Assembly (NCBI GenBank): GCA_963755915.1
Contig: CAVWLP010000002.1
Location: forward strand, 2,080,001 to 2,144,000
Origin: an uncultured Phycisphaerales bacterium
Lineage (GTDB): Bacteria; Planctomycetota; Phycisphaerae; Tepidisphaerales; Tepidisphaeraceae
Length of the DNA stretch: 64,000 bases
Reading direction: 5' to 3'
Part shown: one piece after another, positions 23,474 through 34,318 of the stretch
How positions within the stretch are numbered: the first letter of the stretch is position 1
Layout: every line of letters begins with the position of its first letter
Notes under the pieces: model-generated
What the model was told of the DNA's origin: nothing
Databases searched by the model: none
The model's input: only the letters and a program-made list of their open reading frames with translations
Program-made: the position numbers and the translations under genes

Positions 23474-24660
23474 ATGTCGCTGGTACGGAATGTTGCGTTG
23501 CTTATCGAGACCTCCCGTTCTTACGGCCGAAAAATGCTCGGCGGCATTGCCAATTATGCGCGCGCACGGCCGCTGGGCCTTCCATCTTGTTCCCGGCGAC
23601 CTCGTTCAAACTTTGCCTCCGCGCCACGTATGGGATGGTGACGGCATTATCGCCCGTGTCGAGACCGCCGCGCTGTTGCGGCAACTTGCACGCCGAAATC
23701 TGCCCACGGTCGTCCTCAACCGACGCTTCGCCAGCGACAAATTCCCCGGCGTTGGCGGCAACCAGCACATCTCTTGCCGCATGATCGCCGAGCATTTTTT
23801 AACCCGCGGGTTCAGACGTCTGGCTTACTGCGGAATGGCAAATGTTGATTATTGTGTATCCCGAGAGCAGCAGTTCCGCGAATTCCTGAATCAAAACGGG
23901 ATCGAGCCCGAGGTGTTCTGGTACGCACACGAGGATAAGCAGAGTTTTCGTGAACAGGTGCGTTTAGTGGAATGGCTCAAACGGCTCGCCAAACCCTTGG
24001 GTTTATTTGCGTGCGACGATCTGCAGGCGCCGGGTAATCGACGCCTGCAACGCCGGTGATGTCGCTGTGCCGGAGGAAATCGCGGTCGTAGGCTTTGACA
24101 ACGATGAGCCGCTTTGCGAGCTGGCTGAGCCCCCGCTGTCGAGCATGGCCAGCAATTCGGCCCGGATCGGCTATGAGGCCGCGGCGCTGCTCGATCGCCT
24201 CATGAGCGGCAAATCGGTAAGGGAGCCCTGGCTCGAGGTCGATCCGCTCGGCGTCGTCACCCGCAAAAGCTCGGACCGCTGGGCTATCGAAGATCCCGAC
24301 GTGGCCGCCGCCGTTCGCTACATTCGTGAAAATGCATCTAATCCTATTGGTGTCAGCGATATCGTCTCAGCGCTGTCCCTGTCCCGCCGGTCTCTGGAAC
24401 TGCGCTTCAAGCGAGCACTGCGGCGATCTCCGCTGGATGAAATCAATTCCGTTCGCGTCGAGAGAGCCAAGGAACTCTTAATTAAAAGCGACTTTAAACT
24501 GAGTCGCATTGCCCTGGCCTGTGGATTTCACTCAGTGATCCACTTTCATACGGTATTCCGACGGCATGCTGAAATGACGCCGCTGGCATACCGTCATCGC
24601 ACACGCGGCACGGCCCCATCGCGCCACGCCCGATCCGCGTCGCCTCGAACGATTGCCTGA
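23474..24660 (+). CDS. XylR-type regulator (periplasmic-binding fold + AraC HTH); frameshifts near 23565 and 24030
   Basis: GGAG RBS; MSLVRNVALLIETSRSYGR, WDGDGII, VPEEIAVVGFDNDE, PPLSS, IALACGF...MTPLAYR. Confidence 0.9.
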
Positions 24661-24755
24661 AGCCAGGTGCCGGAGCGCTGGAAATACCGTCTGAAACGGC
24701 GATGCCGACTAATCCGTGCGCCCCGCACGATGCCCCGAATCCGCGAACCGCTCTC

Positions 24756-24794
24756 TTGCGCAAAACCTATGTGCAATTGCGCGATATCGAATTG
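24756..24794 (+). promoter_or_regulatory. Direct-repeat operator, copy 3 (before prepilin-motif gene)
   Basis: TTGCGCAAAAC-N10-TTGCGCGATATCGAATTG. Confidence 0.8.
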
Positions 24795-24909
24795 TTCCAC
24801 TTCGTTACCGTTGTATTATCTCAGCCGGCGGTGATGGGACGGGCATTTCGGGCCACTTGGAATCGGCGGTCCCTGGTTAGACGGGCGGCCAAGCGCTTGC
24901 GGAGGAATC

Positions 24910-25971
24910 ATGAAGTTGCAAACCACCAAAGAACAAAGCCGCGACGCCGCGAGCCACAGCGACCATCGCCGAAGCCAGGCATCGCGTCACTCGATGGCGG
25001 TTCGATCGGCGTTCACCTTGGTGGAACTCCTGGTGGTGATTGGAATCATCGCCGTCCTGGTTGGCATCCTGCTGCCGGCGCTCACCAAGGCACGCGTGCA
25101 GGCCAAGCGGGCGGTGGACCTTTCATCTCTTCGCCAGCTTTGCGCGGCCACCATCATGTATGCCGGGGAGAATCAGGGCTACCTGCCTGTGGGCCGGCGA
25201 AAATGGTTTAACGGGCAAGGATATACTTCCGATACGGCTTGGCCGCCGGGCGGCGTCTATCCCGACGAATACAGCAGAATGGCCGGTGACGCTTGGGTGC
25301 TTCTGCGCGATCACTACGGATTAGGCAAGGGAACTGAAAATTCAAGCGTCCTTACGTGCTCCAGCATTGCCGATACCCAGACTGCCATTGATAGCTACGT
25401 CAGCAGCAGTGAACCTATGTACCAGGGAGACAGCTATCTCCAGTACCTTCGGAGCTTCCAGTTCAATCCGACAAATCTTACCCCGGCCAGCGTCACAGCG
25501 ACAGCGGCCGATTCCGGCGATCTGGACCTTTCATTCGCCGGATGGACCTACTGGGGAGGGCGCGACAACTTTGGATGGAATCCCACCGGTGGTCCAACCG
25601 ACGTTGGAGACATCACACAGTGGCCGTATCAGGCAAACGCTACGTATAACAGTCCGCATAAGATTGGAGACCGCTGCACGGCGGCAAATCATAGCTCGAC
25701 GACGCTGTGGACGTGTCCCATACGATATGTCTTCACCGCTTCGGGCGAGTCGTTTTCGGTTTTTCCACACGTGTATTCCAACGACACAACGATTACGCCC
25801 GCCGTGACGAGACCACCGCCGCCCGGGCAGACCCCAGTCCCCCCCGCCATTCCCAATGGCATCGGAGTCGGACGCATCGACGGCTCAGCTGAGTTTGTTC
25901 CGTTCAAATCACTGATATCAATCAACGTCGGTGATTCATCATACTTCTACTACTACGCGCCAAATCCGTAA
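24910..25971 (+). CDS. Prepilin-type N-terminal cleavage/methylation protein (DUF1559-like)
   Basis: AFTLVELLVVIGIIAVLVGILLPALTKAR...SSLRQL; C-terminal GRIDGSAEF; GGAGG RBS. Confidence 0.9.
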   Translation: MKLQTTKEQSRDAASHSDHRRSQASRHSMAVRSAFTLVELLVVIGIIAVLVGILLPALTKARVQAKRAVDLSSLRQLCAATIMYAGENQGYLPVGRRKWFNGQGYTSDTAWPPGGVYPDEYSRMAGDAWVLLRDHYGLGKGTENSSVLTCSSIADTQTAIDSYVSSSEPMYQGDSYLQYLRSFQFNPTNLTPASVTATAADSGDLDLSFAGWTYWGGRDNFGWNPTGGPTDVGDITQWPYQANATYNSPHKIGDRCTAANHSSTTLWTCPIRYVFTASGESFSVFPHVYSNDTTITPAVTRPPPPGQTPVPPAIPNGIGVGRIDGSAEFVPFKSLISINVGDSSYFYYYAPNP

Positions 25972-26013
25972 TTTCAGAGCTTTGTGAGGCGGTCTTTTAC
26001 CAGGAGGTTCGAG

Positions 26014-27888
26014 ATGAGCGTTGGAGCTAGGAAACGTCGTGGGTCAATGGCCCTTGCGGTTGCTTCGGGTGTTACGGTCTGGTCCAACTGGGGTTTCGCC
26101 CAGCAGGTCACACCGATTGTCGATCAGACATTTAACGAAGCGGGCTATGCATTCCATGATTTGGCGGCCGGCAGCACTACTTCCGGGGCGTATCTAGCAG
26201 CGCCGGCGGCAAATAGCGAATTGCTCAACTGGTATCAGGGGGGCGGAACGAGCGACCTCAGCTTTCAGACCGATTCGGCGCTCTATTCAGGAAACGCCCT
26301 CGATAACGCCGGCACCAACGACCACACCGTCAGCGGCCAATTTCCAACCCCGGCCGTACTCGGAAACCAGGTTGGCGATGAGGTCACTTTCAGCTTCCAG
26401 TTTGTTATTCCCAACCCCGGTACAGTCAATTCCGGCAACGATTTCCGCTTCGGTATTTTCAACGACAATGGAACCCCCGTCACGGCTCCTTTCAGCTCGG
26501 GATATACCGCCACGAACGACGATTTCGGCTATTCAGGCTATCTCGGAGTTGGGACGAATTTTACGACGGTTTTCTCCGAAACCAACGAGGGATCTGGCAT
26601 CCTGGTTTACGATCAGAACTACGACTATCGGCTCGACAGCACCTCGACGAACGCGCCCGACATAAGCGATGGCTTGGTGCATTCGGTGTTGATGACCATG
26701 ACCAATGCCGGGTCCGGGCAGGTCAACGTTGCTTTGGCCGTTGACGGGACGACACTTTACAGCGGACTTGACACCAACCCAGACCCCACAACGACGTTTA
26801 ACGAGATCGATATCTGGGAGCATAGTCAGACTCTCGATTACCGCATCCTTAATGTTCAGGTGGACGAAGTTTCCCCGTCGGTGAACCTTACCTGGAACAA
26901 CATGGGTGCAAGTGCACCTGACGACGGACAGACCTGGGATACCACGAGCAACAATTGGAACAACGGCTCGATTGTGACGACATACGCGGATGGCGATCAG
27001 GTCACGTTCAGCGACACCAACAACAGCAACTACGCCGTAACGCTGAATACCACCGTTTCGCCTGGCGCCGTGTTCTTCAACAACAGCACCGGCAACTACA
27101 CCATCAGCGGCGCGGGCAAAATCGACACGGCATCTTTGGCGATGTCCGGCGCCGGCACATCGACGATCGGGACGGCACTGACTGCCAGCAGTGTGACCAT
27201 ATCGAGTGGAACGCTGCGTTTGGGAGCCGGTGCGTCAGGCGGCACAGGGCCATCGGCCACGAGCGCAGTCAACATCAGCTCCCTGTCGATCACGGGTAAC
27301 GGCAATCTCGACATCAACAACAATCACGTCATCGTTACCTATGGCTCAAGCGATCCGATCGCCGCGATCGCTGCTTATGTCGCGTCCGGCTACAACGGTG
27401 GGGCTTGGAATGGCCCCGGTATCGTATCCTCGGCCGCCAGGTACCCAACGAATGGCTACCTCTATGGTGTGGGCTTTGCCGATGGAGCTGATAACATAGT
27501 TTCTGGGTTATCGTCCGGCGAGATTGAATTGGCATACACCCTGTTGGGGGACGCCAACCTCGACGGCTCCGTCAACGGCTCCGACTTCTCCATCCTCGCC
27601 GCCAACTTCGGCCTGGGAGTAACCAACTGGGATCAGGGCAACTTCCTATACGGTTCCTCCGTCAACGGCTCCGACTTCAGCGCCTTGGCCGCCAACTTCG
27701 GCCAGGGCGACAGCGGCGGCGCCGTGGCGGTGACCCCCGCCGACGTAGCCGCCCTTGACGCCTTCGCGGCGGCCAATGGACTGTCGTCCCCGACGTTTGC
27801 CAGCGTTCCCGAGCCGGCCTCGGTCGCGCTGTTGACGATCGCCGGCGCAACGATTCTCGGCAGACGCCGACGATCCATGGGGCGATGA
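26014..27888 (+). CDS. PEP-CTERM surface protein (beta-rich N domain + beta-helix + dockerin-like module)
   Basis: AGGAGG RBS; signal peptide; GDANLDGSVNGSDFSILAANFG; VPEP-TM-RRRR. Confidence 0.9.
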   Translation: MSVGARKRRGSMALAVASGVTVWSNWGFAQQVTPIVDQTFNEAGYAFHDLAAGSTTSGAYLAAPAANSELLNWYQGGGTSDLSFQTDSALYSGNALDNAGTNDHTVSGQFPTPAVLGNQVGDEVTFSFQFVIPNPGTVNSGNDFRFGIFNDNGTPVTAPFSSGYTATNDDFGYSGYLGVGTNFTTVFSETNEGSGILVYDQNYDYRLDSTSTNAPDISDGLVHSVLMTMTNAGSGQVNVALAVDGTTLYSGLDTNPDPTTTFNEIDIWEHSQTLDYRILNVQVDEVSPSVNLTWNNMGASAPDDGQTWDTTSNNWNNGSIVTTYADGDQVTFSDTNNSNYAVTLNTTVSPGAVFFNNSTGNYTISGAGKIDTASLAMSGAGTSTIGTALTASSVTISSGTLRLGAGASGGTGPSATSAVNISSLSITGNGNLDINNNHVIVTYGSSDPIAAIAAYVASGYNGGAWNGPGIVSSAARYPTNGYLYGVGFADGADNIVSGLSSGEIELAYTLLGDANLDGSVNGSDFSILAANFGLGVTNWDQGNFLYGSSVNGSDFSALAANFGQGDSGGAVAVTPADVAALDAFAAANGLSSPTFASVPEPASVALLTIAGATILGRRRRSMGR

Positions 27889-27923
27889 TCCGCGGCATCT
27901 ATCAGAGGGCTGCACGCCAAGAT

Positions 27924-27954
27924 GGCCTCGGATGCTGTTCGCCGAGGCCTTTTT
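27924..27954 (+). terminator. Intrinsic terminator
   Basis: GGCCTCGG...CCGAGGCC + TTTTT. Confidence 0.7.
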
Positions 27955-27971
27955 ATTGCCCCTCTTTCGTA

Positions 27972-28010
27972 TTGCGCAAAACGGATGCAGTATTGCGCGA
28001 TATCGAATTG
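27972..28010 (+). promoter_or_regulatory. Direct-repeat operator, copy 4 (before GH16 array)
   Basis: TTGCGCAAAAC-N10-TTGCGCGATATCGAATTG. Confidence 0.8.
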
Positions 28011-28208
28011 CCGTGCGGAAAATAGCGGGGTATGAGTGAATCGAGGAAACTTGCGGTGCCTAAGGTTAGTCTCATTAAAAAATCGTAACCCTGGTGAAGC
28101 GATGAGGCAGTCCAAGGCTTTTGGTGTGCGCGGGCCGATTGGGGATGACTCTCATCTGCGCCGCGCGCAATAAGTTTCAGAGGTTCTTCCGCACTGGCGA
28201 TCGCCGCA

Positions 28209-30042
28209 ATGGCCGCTCTTGCCCCCGTCGCCAAGGCACAGAACTGGCAGCTTACCTTTGACGACGAATTCAATGGCAATAATGTCAATACTGCCCTATG
28301 GAGCTACGGGATGCCGTGGGGGAACGACGTTGATCCGAGCGAGGAAGAAGAGGCGTACAACGAAACCGACCCCGGCGTGAACAATGCCAACGTGTCGGAA
28401 TCGGGCGGATATCTCTATCTCACCGCGACCCACACCCCCTACCCCGCGCAACGCGTCGAACAATGACGCGCCCATCACCCAGCCGTACACGTCCGGCGCC
28501 CTGACTACTGTCAACAAATTCACGCAGACCTATGGCATGTTCGAAATGAGCGCCGAGCTGCCGGCCGGCCAGGGTTTGTGGCCGGCATTCTGGCTGTTGA
28601 ACGAAACCCATGGGCCCCCGGAGCTCGACGTCATGGAGAATCTGGGGAACAACCCCAGCGAAATCTACATGACGGATCACTACGATCCGAACAACACCGA
28701 CAATGCTTATGGGCAGTCTTACACTGGTCCGAACTTCTCAACGAGTTTCAATCTTTTCTCGCTGGTTTGGACGCCAACGACCGTAAGCTGGTATGTAAAC
28801 AACAACCTCGAATATTCAGTATCCGATACAACCCAAAATCCAATTGTATCCCCCAACGAGCCAATGAATATTTTGCTCGACCTGGCGGTCGGTGGTCCCG
28901 ATGGCTGGCCCGGCGCTCCCAACGCGCAGACTCAATTCCCTGCCACGATGACCGTCGATTACGTGCGTGCCTATACGGCGGTCGCGGTGGGCGGCACCGT
29001 GAGCTGGGATAGTGCCGGCGGCGATGGCAACGGCACCGCCTGGGACACAACCTCATTCAACTGGAACAACGGGGCTCTCACTCCCACCGTTTACACCGAC
29101 GGAGATCTGGTTACGTTTGATGACACCAACAACGGCGACTACTCCGTGACCCTGAGCAGCACGGTGAGTCCCGGCGATATCACCGTCAACAACAGCGCGG
29201 GGAATTATCTCATCACCGGCTCCGGCACCATCGCCGGCTCCGGCTCCCTGACCAAAACCGGCACCCGCACATTGACGCTCGATACCGTCAACACCTACAG
29301 CGGCGGCACCACCGTCGGCGGTGGGAATCTGATCGTCGGCGTTCACGGCGCTTTGCCCGATGGGACGCTGGCCATCACCGGCGGCACGTTGCAGCTTGGA
29401 ACCAACACCGGCCTCACCCAGGTCACCTCCCTGGCCATCATCAACAGCGGTGTACTGGATGTGACAAACAATGAACTGATTATCACCTACGGCTCCAGCG
29501 ATCCCATGGGGACCATCCAGGGATACCTTGCCTCGGGTTACAACAATGGGACGTGGAACGGCCCAGGCATCATCTCTTCAGCGGCGTACGGCTATAAATA
29601 CGGCCTGGGATATGCCGACGGCGCTGACGGAGTCGTTCCCGGTCTTTCTTCCGGCCAGATCGAAGTGAAGTATACGTTGTATGGCGACGCCAATCTGGAC
29701 GGGGTGGTGAACGGCTCGGACTTCAGCATCCTGGCGGCAAACTTCGGGACGGGGGTGACCAACTGGGACCAGGGGAACTTCCTATTCACCAGTTCGGTGA
29801 ACGGCGCTGACTTCAGCGCGTTGGCGGGAAACTTCGGACAGGGCGCCAATGGCGCGGACGCGTCGGTATCGGCGAGCGATTTGGCAGCGTTGGATGCCTT
29901 CGCCGCCGCCAACGGCATCAGCCTGGCCAATGTTCCCGAACCCGCCAGCACCTCATTGGTGATTGCCGGCCTCGCAGCGGGTCTGGCTAAACGCCACCGT
30001 ACCCGAGCCAATTCATTCGCGCCGCACAACGGCTGCGGATGA
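28209..30042 (+). CDS. GH16 PEP-CTERM protein 1; frameshift near 28455, true start probably slightly upstream
   Basis: WQLTFDDEFNG, YTSG, GLWPAFWLL, PPELDVME, VDYVRAY; LTKTGTRTLTL..VNTYSGGT repeat; dockerin-like; VPEP. Confidence 0.88.
28964..29995 (+). repeat. ~1.03 kb direct repeat, copy 1 (C-terminal stalk module)
   Basis: Apparently identical to 31012-32043 (offset 2048); translations are identical. Confidence 0.9.
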
Positions 30043-30145
30043 CTTTCGGAGGCGATGTAAGTCGGAAGCAAAGATACTAGTAGGGGTTAACCGCCGGGCT
30101 TAGAGCTGGCCTGACTAATAACATGCAGAGGGCATAGGTGAATCC

Positions 30146-32075
30146 ATGAAGTGCTTGGAAGCGATTCGTGCCGGTGATCCAATCACAAAACTCACGTTTT
30201 TGGGTCAAAGCGTGCGGCGTACCCGAAGGCAATGCTCGGCGCTGGCGATGGCGGCGATGGCCGCGATGACCGGTGTGGCCAAGGCCCAGAACTGGCAAAT
30301 GACCTTCGACGACGAATTCAACGGCAATAACGTCAACACCGCGCTCTGGAGTTACGGGTATCCCTGGGGCAACGATATCGACGCCAACGAAGAACAGATG
30401 GCGTTTAACCTAACCGACCCCGGCGTGAACAATGCCAACGTGTCGGAATCGGGCGGATATCTCTATCTCAGCGCGACCCATACCCCCTATCCTGCGCAAT
30501 ACGGCGAACAATGATGCGCCGATCACAATGCCCTACACGTCTGGTTGTATCACCACCGTCAATAAATTCAGCCAAACCTACGGCATGTTCACGATGAGGG
30601 CCGAACTCCCCGCCGGCCAGGGTCTGCACACGGGCGCGTTCTGGCTCCTCAGTGCCAACGGACCGCCGGAACTCGATATGGCCGAGCAAGCCGGCGGAGA
30701 TCCAACCAGCACGATCATGACGGATCATTACGATCCCAACAATACCGACAATGTTCTTCAAGGGACGTTGAACGGTACGAATCTCACCACGGGATTTCAC
30801 ATTTATACAATGATTTGGACCCCGACGACCGTAAGCTGGTACATCGACAACAATCTCGACTTCTCGGTGTCGGATACTTCCCAAAACCCAATCGCTTCAC
30901 CCGACGAGCCGATGAACATATTGATCAGCCTTCAGGTCGGCACGGCCAATTCATGGGTGGGCGCTCCCAACGCACAGACTCAGTTTCCCGCCACGATGAC
31001 CGTCGACTACATGCGTGCCTATACGGCGGTCGCGGTGGGCGGCACCGTGAGCTGGGATAGTGCCGGCGGCGATGGCAACGGCACCGCCTGGGACACAACC
31101 TCATTCAACTGGAACAACGGGGCTCTCACTCCCACCGTTTACACCGACGGAGATCTGGTTACGTTTGATGACACCAACAACGGCGACTACTCCGTGACCC
31201 TGAGCAGCACGGTGAGTCCCGGCGATATCACCGTCAACAACAGCGCGGGGAATTATCTCATCACCGGCTCCGGCACCATCGCCGGCTCCGGCTCCCTGAC
31301 CAAAACCGGCACCCGCACATTGACGCTCGATACCGTCAACACCTACAGCGGCGGCACCACCGTCGGCGGTGGGAATCTGATCGTCGGCGTTCACGGCGCT
31401 TTGCCCGATGGGACGCTGGCCATCACCGGCGGCACGTTGCAGCTTGGAACCAACACCGGCCTCACCCAGGTCACCTCCCTGGCCATCATCAACAGCGGTG
31501 TACTGGATGTGACAAACAATGAACTGATTATCACCTACGGCTCCAGCGATCCCATGGGGACCATCCAGGGATACCTTGCCTCGGGTTACAACAATGGGAC
31601 GTGGAACGGCCCAGGCATCATCTCTTCAGCGGCGTACGGCTATAAATACGGCCTGGGATATGCCGACGGCGCTGACGGAGTCGTTCCCGGTCTTTCTTCC
31701 GGCCAGATCGAAGTGAAGTATACGTTGTATGGCGACGCCAATCTGGACGGGGTGGTGAACGGCTCGGACTTCAGCATCCTGGCGGCAAACTTCGGGACGG
31801 GGGTGACCAACTGGGACCAGGGGAACTTCCTATTCACCAGTTCGGTGAACGGCGCTGACTTCAGCGCGTTGGCGGGAAACTTCGGACAGGGCGCCAATGG
31901 CGCGGACGCGTCGGTATCGGCGAGCGATTTGGCAGCGTTGGATGCCTTCGCCGCCGCCAACGGCATCAGCCTGGCCAATGTTCCCGAACCCGCCAGCACC
32001 TCATTGGTGATTGCCGGCCTCGCAGCGGGTCTGGCTAAACGCCGGCGCCCCAGTGACGACCGCCATTCAGAATGA
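30146..32075 (+). CDS. GH16 PEP-CTERM protein 2; frameshift near 30500
   Basis: WQMTFDDEFNG, AFWLL, PPELDMAE, VDYMRAY; same C-terminal module. Confidence 0.88.
31012..32043 (+). repeat. ~1.03 kb direct repeat, copy 2
   Basis: See 28964-29995. Confidence 0.9.
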
Positions 32076-32138
32076 CGCAAGCTTCGTCGGATAATTATCT
32101 CTTGTAGACATATGGGCGGGGAAAAATAGTGGTGACCC

Positions 32139-34016
32139 ATGGAACGGTGGCAGACGACTCCGCCGAATCGAACCCCCAAGCTCAGAAATCGGCGACAATG
32201 CCCGACATTAGCGATCGCCGTGGTGGCAGGGTTGGCTGCAACTGCGAGGGCCCAGAACTGGCAAATGACCTTCGATGATGAATTCAATGGAAACAATGTA
32301 AATACCTCTCTTTGGAGTTACGGCCTGCCATGGGGTAACGATATCGATGCTACCACGGAACAGGAGGCGTACAACTTAAACGATCCCGGTGTGAACAATG
32401 CCAATGTGTCGGAATCGGGCGGCTATCTCTATTTGACAGCGACGCAGACGCCCTATCCCGCGCACAACACGGCGAACGATGAAGCGCCGATCACCCAGCC
32501 GTACACCTCCGGTTGCATTACCACCGTCAATAAATTCACGCAGACCTATGGCATGTTCGAAATGAGCGCCGAGCTGCCGGCCGGCGCGGGAACGTTTCCG
32601 GCATTCTGGCTGTTGAACGAGACCCATGGTCCGCCCGAGCTCGACGTCATGTTGTATCTGGGCCGGACTCCAGACACGGTTTATACGGGCGACGCCTATG
32701 ATCCCAACAACACCGCGAATGTCATTGGTGGACAGTATACCGGTTCGAATTTCTCGACGAGTTTCAACCTTTTCTCACTGGTCTGGACGCCGACCACCGT
32801 CAGTTGGTACCTGAACAACAATCTCGAATTCTCACTGACGGATTCATCGCAGTACCCGATGGTGTCCCCCGACGAGCCGATGAATATTTTGCTCAACCTG
32901 GCCGTCGGAAATACGAATAGCTGGGCCGGCACTCCCAACGCTCAGACTCAGTTTCCTGCCACGATGACCGTCGATTATGTGCGCGCCTACACGGCAGTCG
33001 CGGTGGGCGGTACCGTGAGCTGGAATAATGCCGGCAGCGGCGACGGCGGCGGGGACGGCTCGACGTGGAACACTAATCAATTCAATTGGAACAACGGCGG
33101 CTACACGCCCACCGTCTACAGTGATGGCGATCTCGTCACCTTCAACGATACCAACAACGGAAATTATTCCGTCATCCTCAACAGCACCGTGAGTCCGGGC
33201 GATATCACCGTGAACAACAGCGCGGGGAACTACCTCATCACCGGCTCTGGCAGCATCGCCGGCTCCGGCTCCCTGACCAAAACCGGCACCCGCACATTGA
33301 CGCTCGATACCGTCAACACCTACAGCGGCGGGACGATGGTTAGCGCTGGGGAGTTGATTGCCGGCGTTCTCGGCGCGATTCCCGATGGGACGCTTGCCAT
33401 CACCGGCGGCACGTTGCAGCTTGGAACCAACACCGGCCTCACCCAGGTCACCTCCCTGGCCATCATCAACGCCGGTCTACTGGATGTAGCGAACAATGAA
33501 CTGATTATTACCTACGGCTCCAGCGATCCCATGGTGGCGATCCAGGGATACATTGCCTCGGGTTACAACAATGGGACGTGGAACGGCCCAGGCATCATCT
33601 CTTCCGCCGCGTTCGGTTATAAATACGGCCTGGGATATGCCGACGGCGCTGACGGCGTAGTCTCTGGACTCTCCTCCGGCCAGATCGAAGTGAAGTACAC
33701 ATTGTATGGGGATGCGAATCTGGACGGGGTGGTGAACGGCTCGGACTTCAGCATCCTGGCGGCAAACTTCGGGACGGGGGTGACCAACTGGGACCAGGGG
33801 AACTTCCTATTCACCAGTTCGGTGAACGGCGCTGACTTCAGCGCGATGGCGGGAAACTTCGGACAGGCGCCAGCGGCGCGGACGTTACCTCCTCCGATTT
33901 CGCTGCGCTGTACGCCTTCGCTGCCGCCAACCGCATCAGCCTGGCCAACGTTCCCGAACCAGCATCGATCGGCCTTTTGGCGAGCATTGCCTTTTTCGCT
34001 CGGCGACGGCCCGTGA
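32139..34016 (+). CDS. GH16-like PEP-CTERM protein 3 (acid/base Glu replaced); frameshift(s) near 33865-33900
   Basis: PPELDVMLY; diverged copy of the C-terminal module; NVPEP is in another frame near 33950. Confidence 0.85.
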   Translation: MERWQTTPPNRTPKLRNRRQCPTLAIAVVAGLAATARAQNWQMTFDDEFNGNNVNTSLWSYGLPWGNDIDATTEQEAYNLNDPGVNNANVSESGGYLYLTATQTPYPAHNTANDEAPITQPYTSGCITTVNKFTQTYGMFEMSAELPAGAGTFPAFWLLNETHGPPELDVMLYLGRTPDTVYTGDAYDPNNTANVIGGQYTGSNFSTSFNLFSLVWTPTTVSWYLNNNLEFSLTDSSQYPMVSPDEPMNILLNLAVGNTNSWAGTPNAQTQFPATMTVDYVRAYTAVAVGGTVSWNNAGSGDGGGDGSTWNTNQFNWNNGGYTPTVYSDGDLVTFNDTNNGNYSVILNSTVSPGDITVNNSAGNYLITGSGSIAGSGSLTKTGTRTLTLDTVNTYSGGTMVSAGELIAGVLGAIPDGTLAITGGTLQLGTNTGLTQVTSLAIINAGLLDVANNELIITYGSSDPMVAIQGYIASGYNNGTWNGPGIISSAAFGYKYGLGYADGADGVVSGLSSGQIEVKYTLYGDANLDGVVNGSDFSILAANFGTGVTNWDQGNFLFTSSVNGADFSAMAGNFGQAPAARTLPPPISLRCTPSLPPTASAWPTFPNQHRSAFWRALPFSLGDGP

Positions 34017-34130
34017 GAAGCAGGTAAGCTAAGAACTGTGTTGCTTGCGCGAAGCCTCGGGGTTTCTCTACAAGTTTTATTATTGGACTTTGAGAGGGGT
34101 ATTGCGCCGACAAAGTCTATGCAGTCTGGT

Positions 34131-34169
34131 TTGCGCAAAACCTATTAACTATTGCGCGATATCGAATTG
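34131..34169 (+). promoter_or_regulatory. Direct-repeat operator, copy 5 (before catabolic operon)
   Basis: TTGCGCAAAAC-N10-TTGCGCGATATCGAATTG. Confidence 0.8.
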
Positions 34170-34318
34170 TTCCGTTTGCGACATCGTCGTATCGTTTCGC
34201 GACGTAGAGACTCGAGGCCGGCAGTTACAAGGTTTTTACCTGTTCGTTTTGAACCGGAAATCCAATCAACGTTCAGTGGGTGTGGAATACCAATTGTTCT
34301 CTTATTCGGAGGTGTGAG

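Noticed and set aside
7014-34016. Diversity-generating retroelement (RT plus repeats in surface proteins)
   Set aside because: The RT is group II-like and truncated. The repeats are 1-kb coding duplications without adenine-specific mismatches, and no TR/VR pair or Avd gene was seen.
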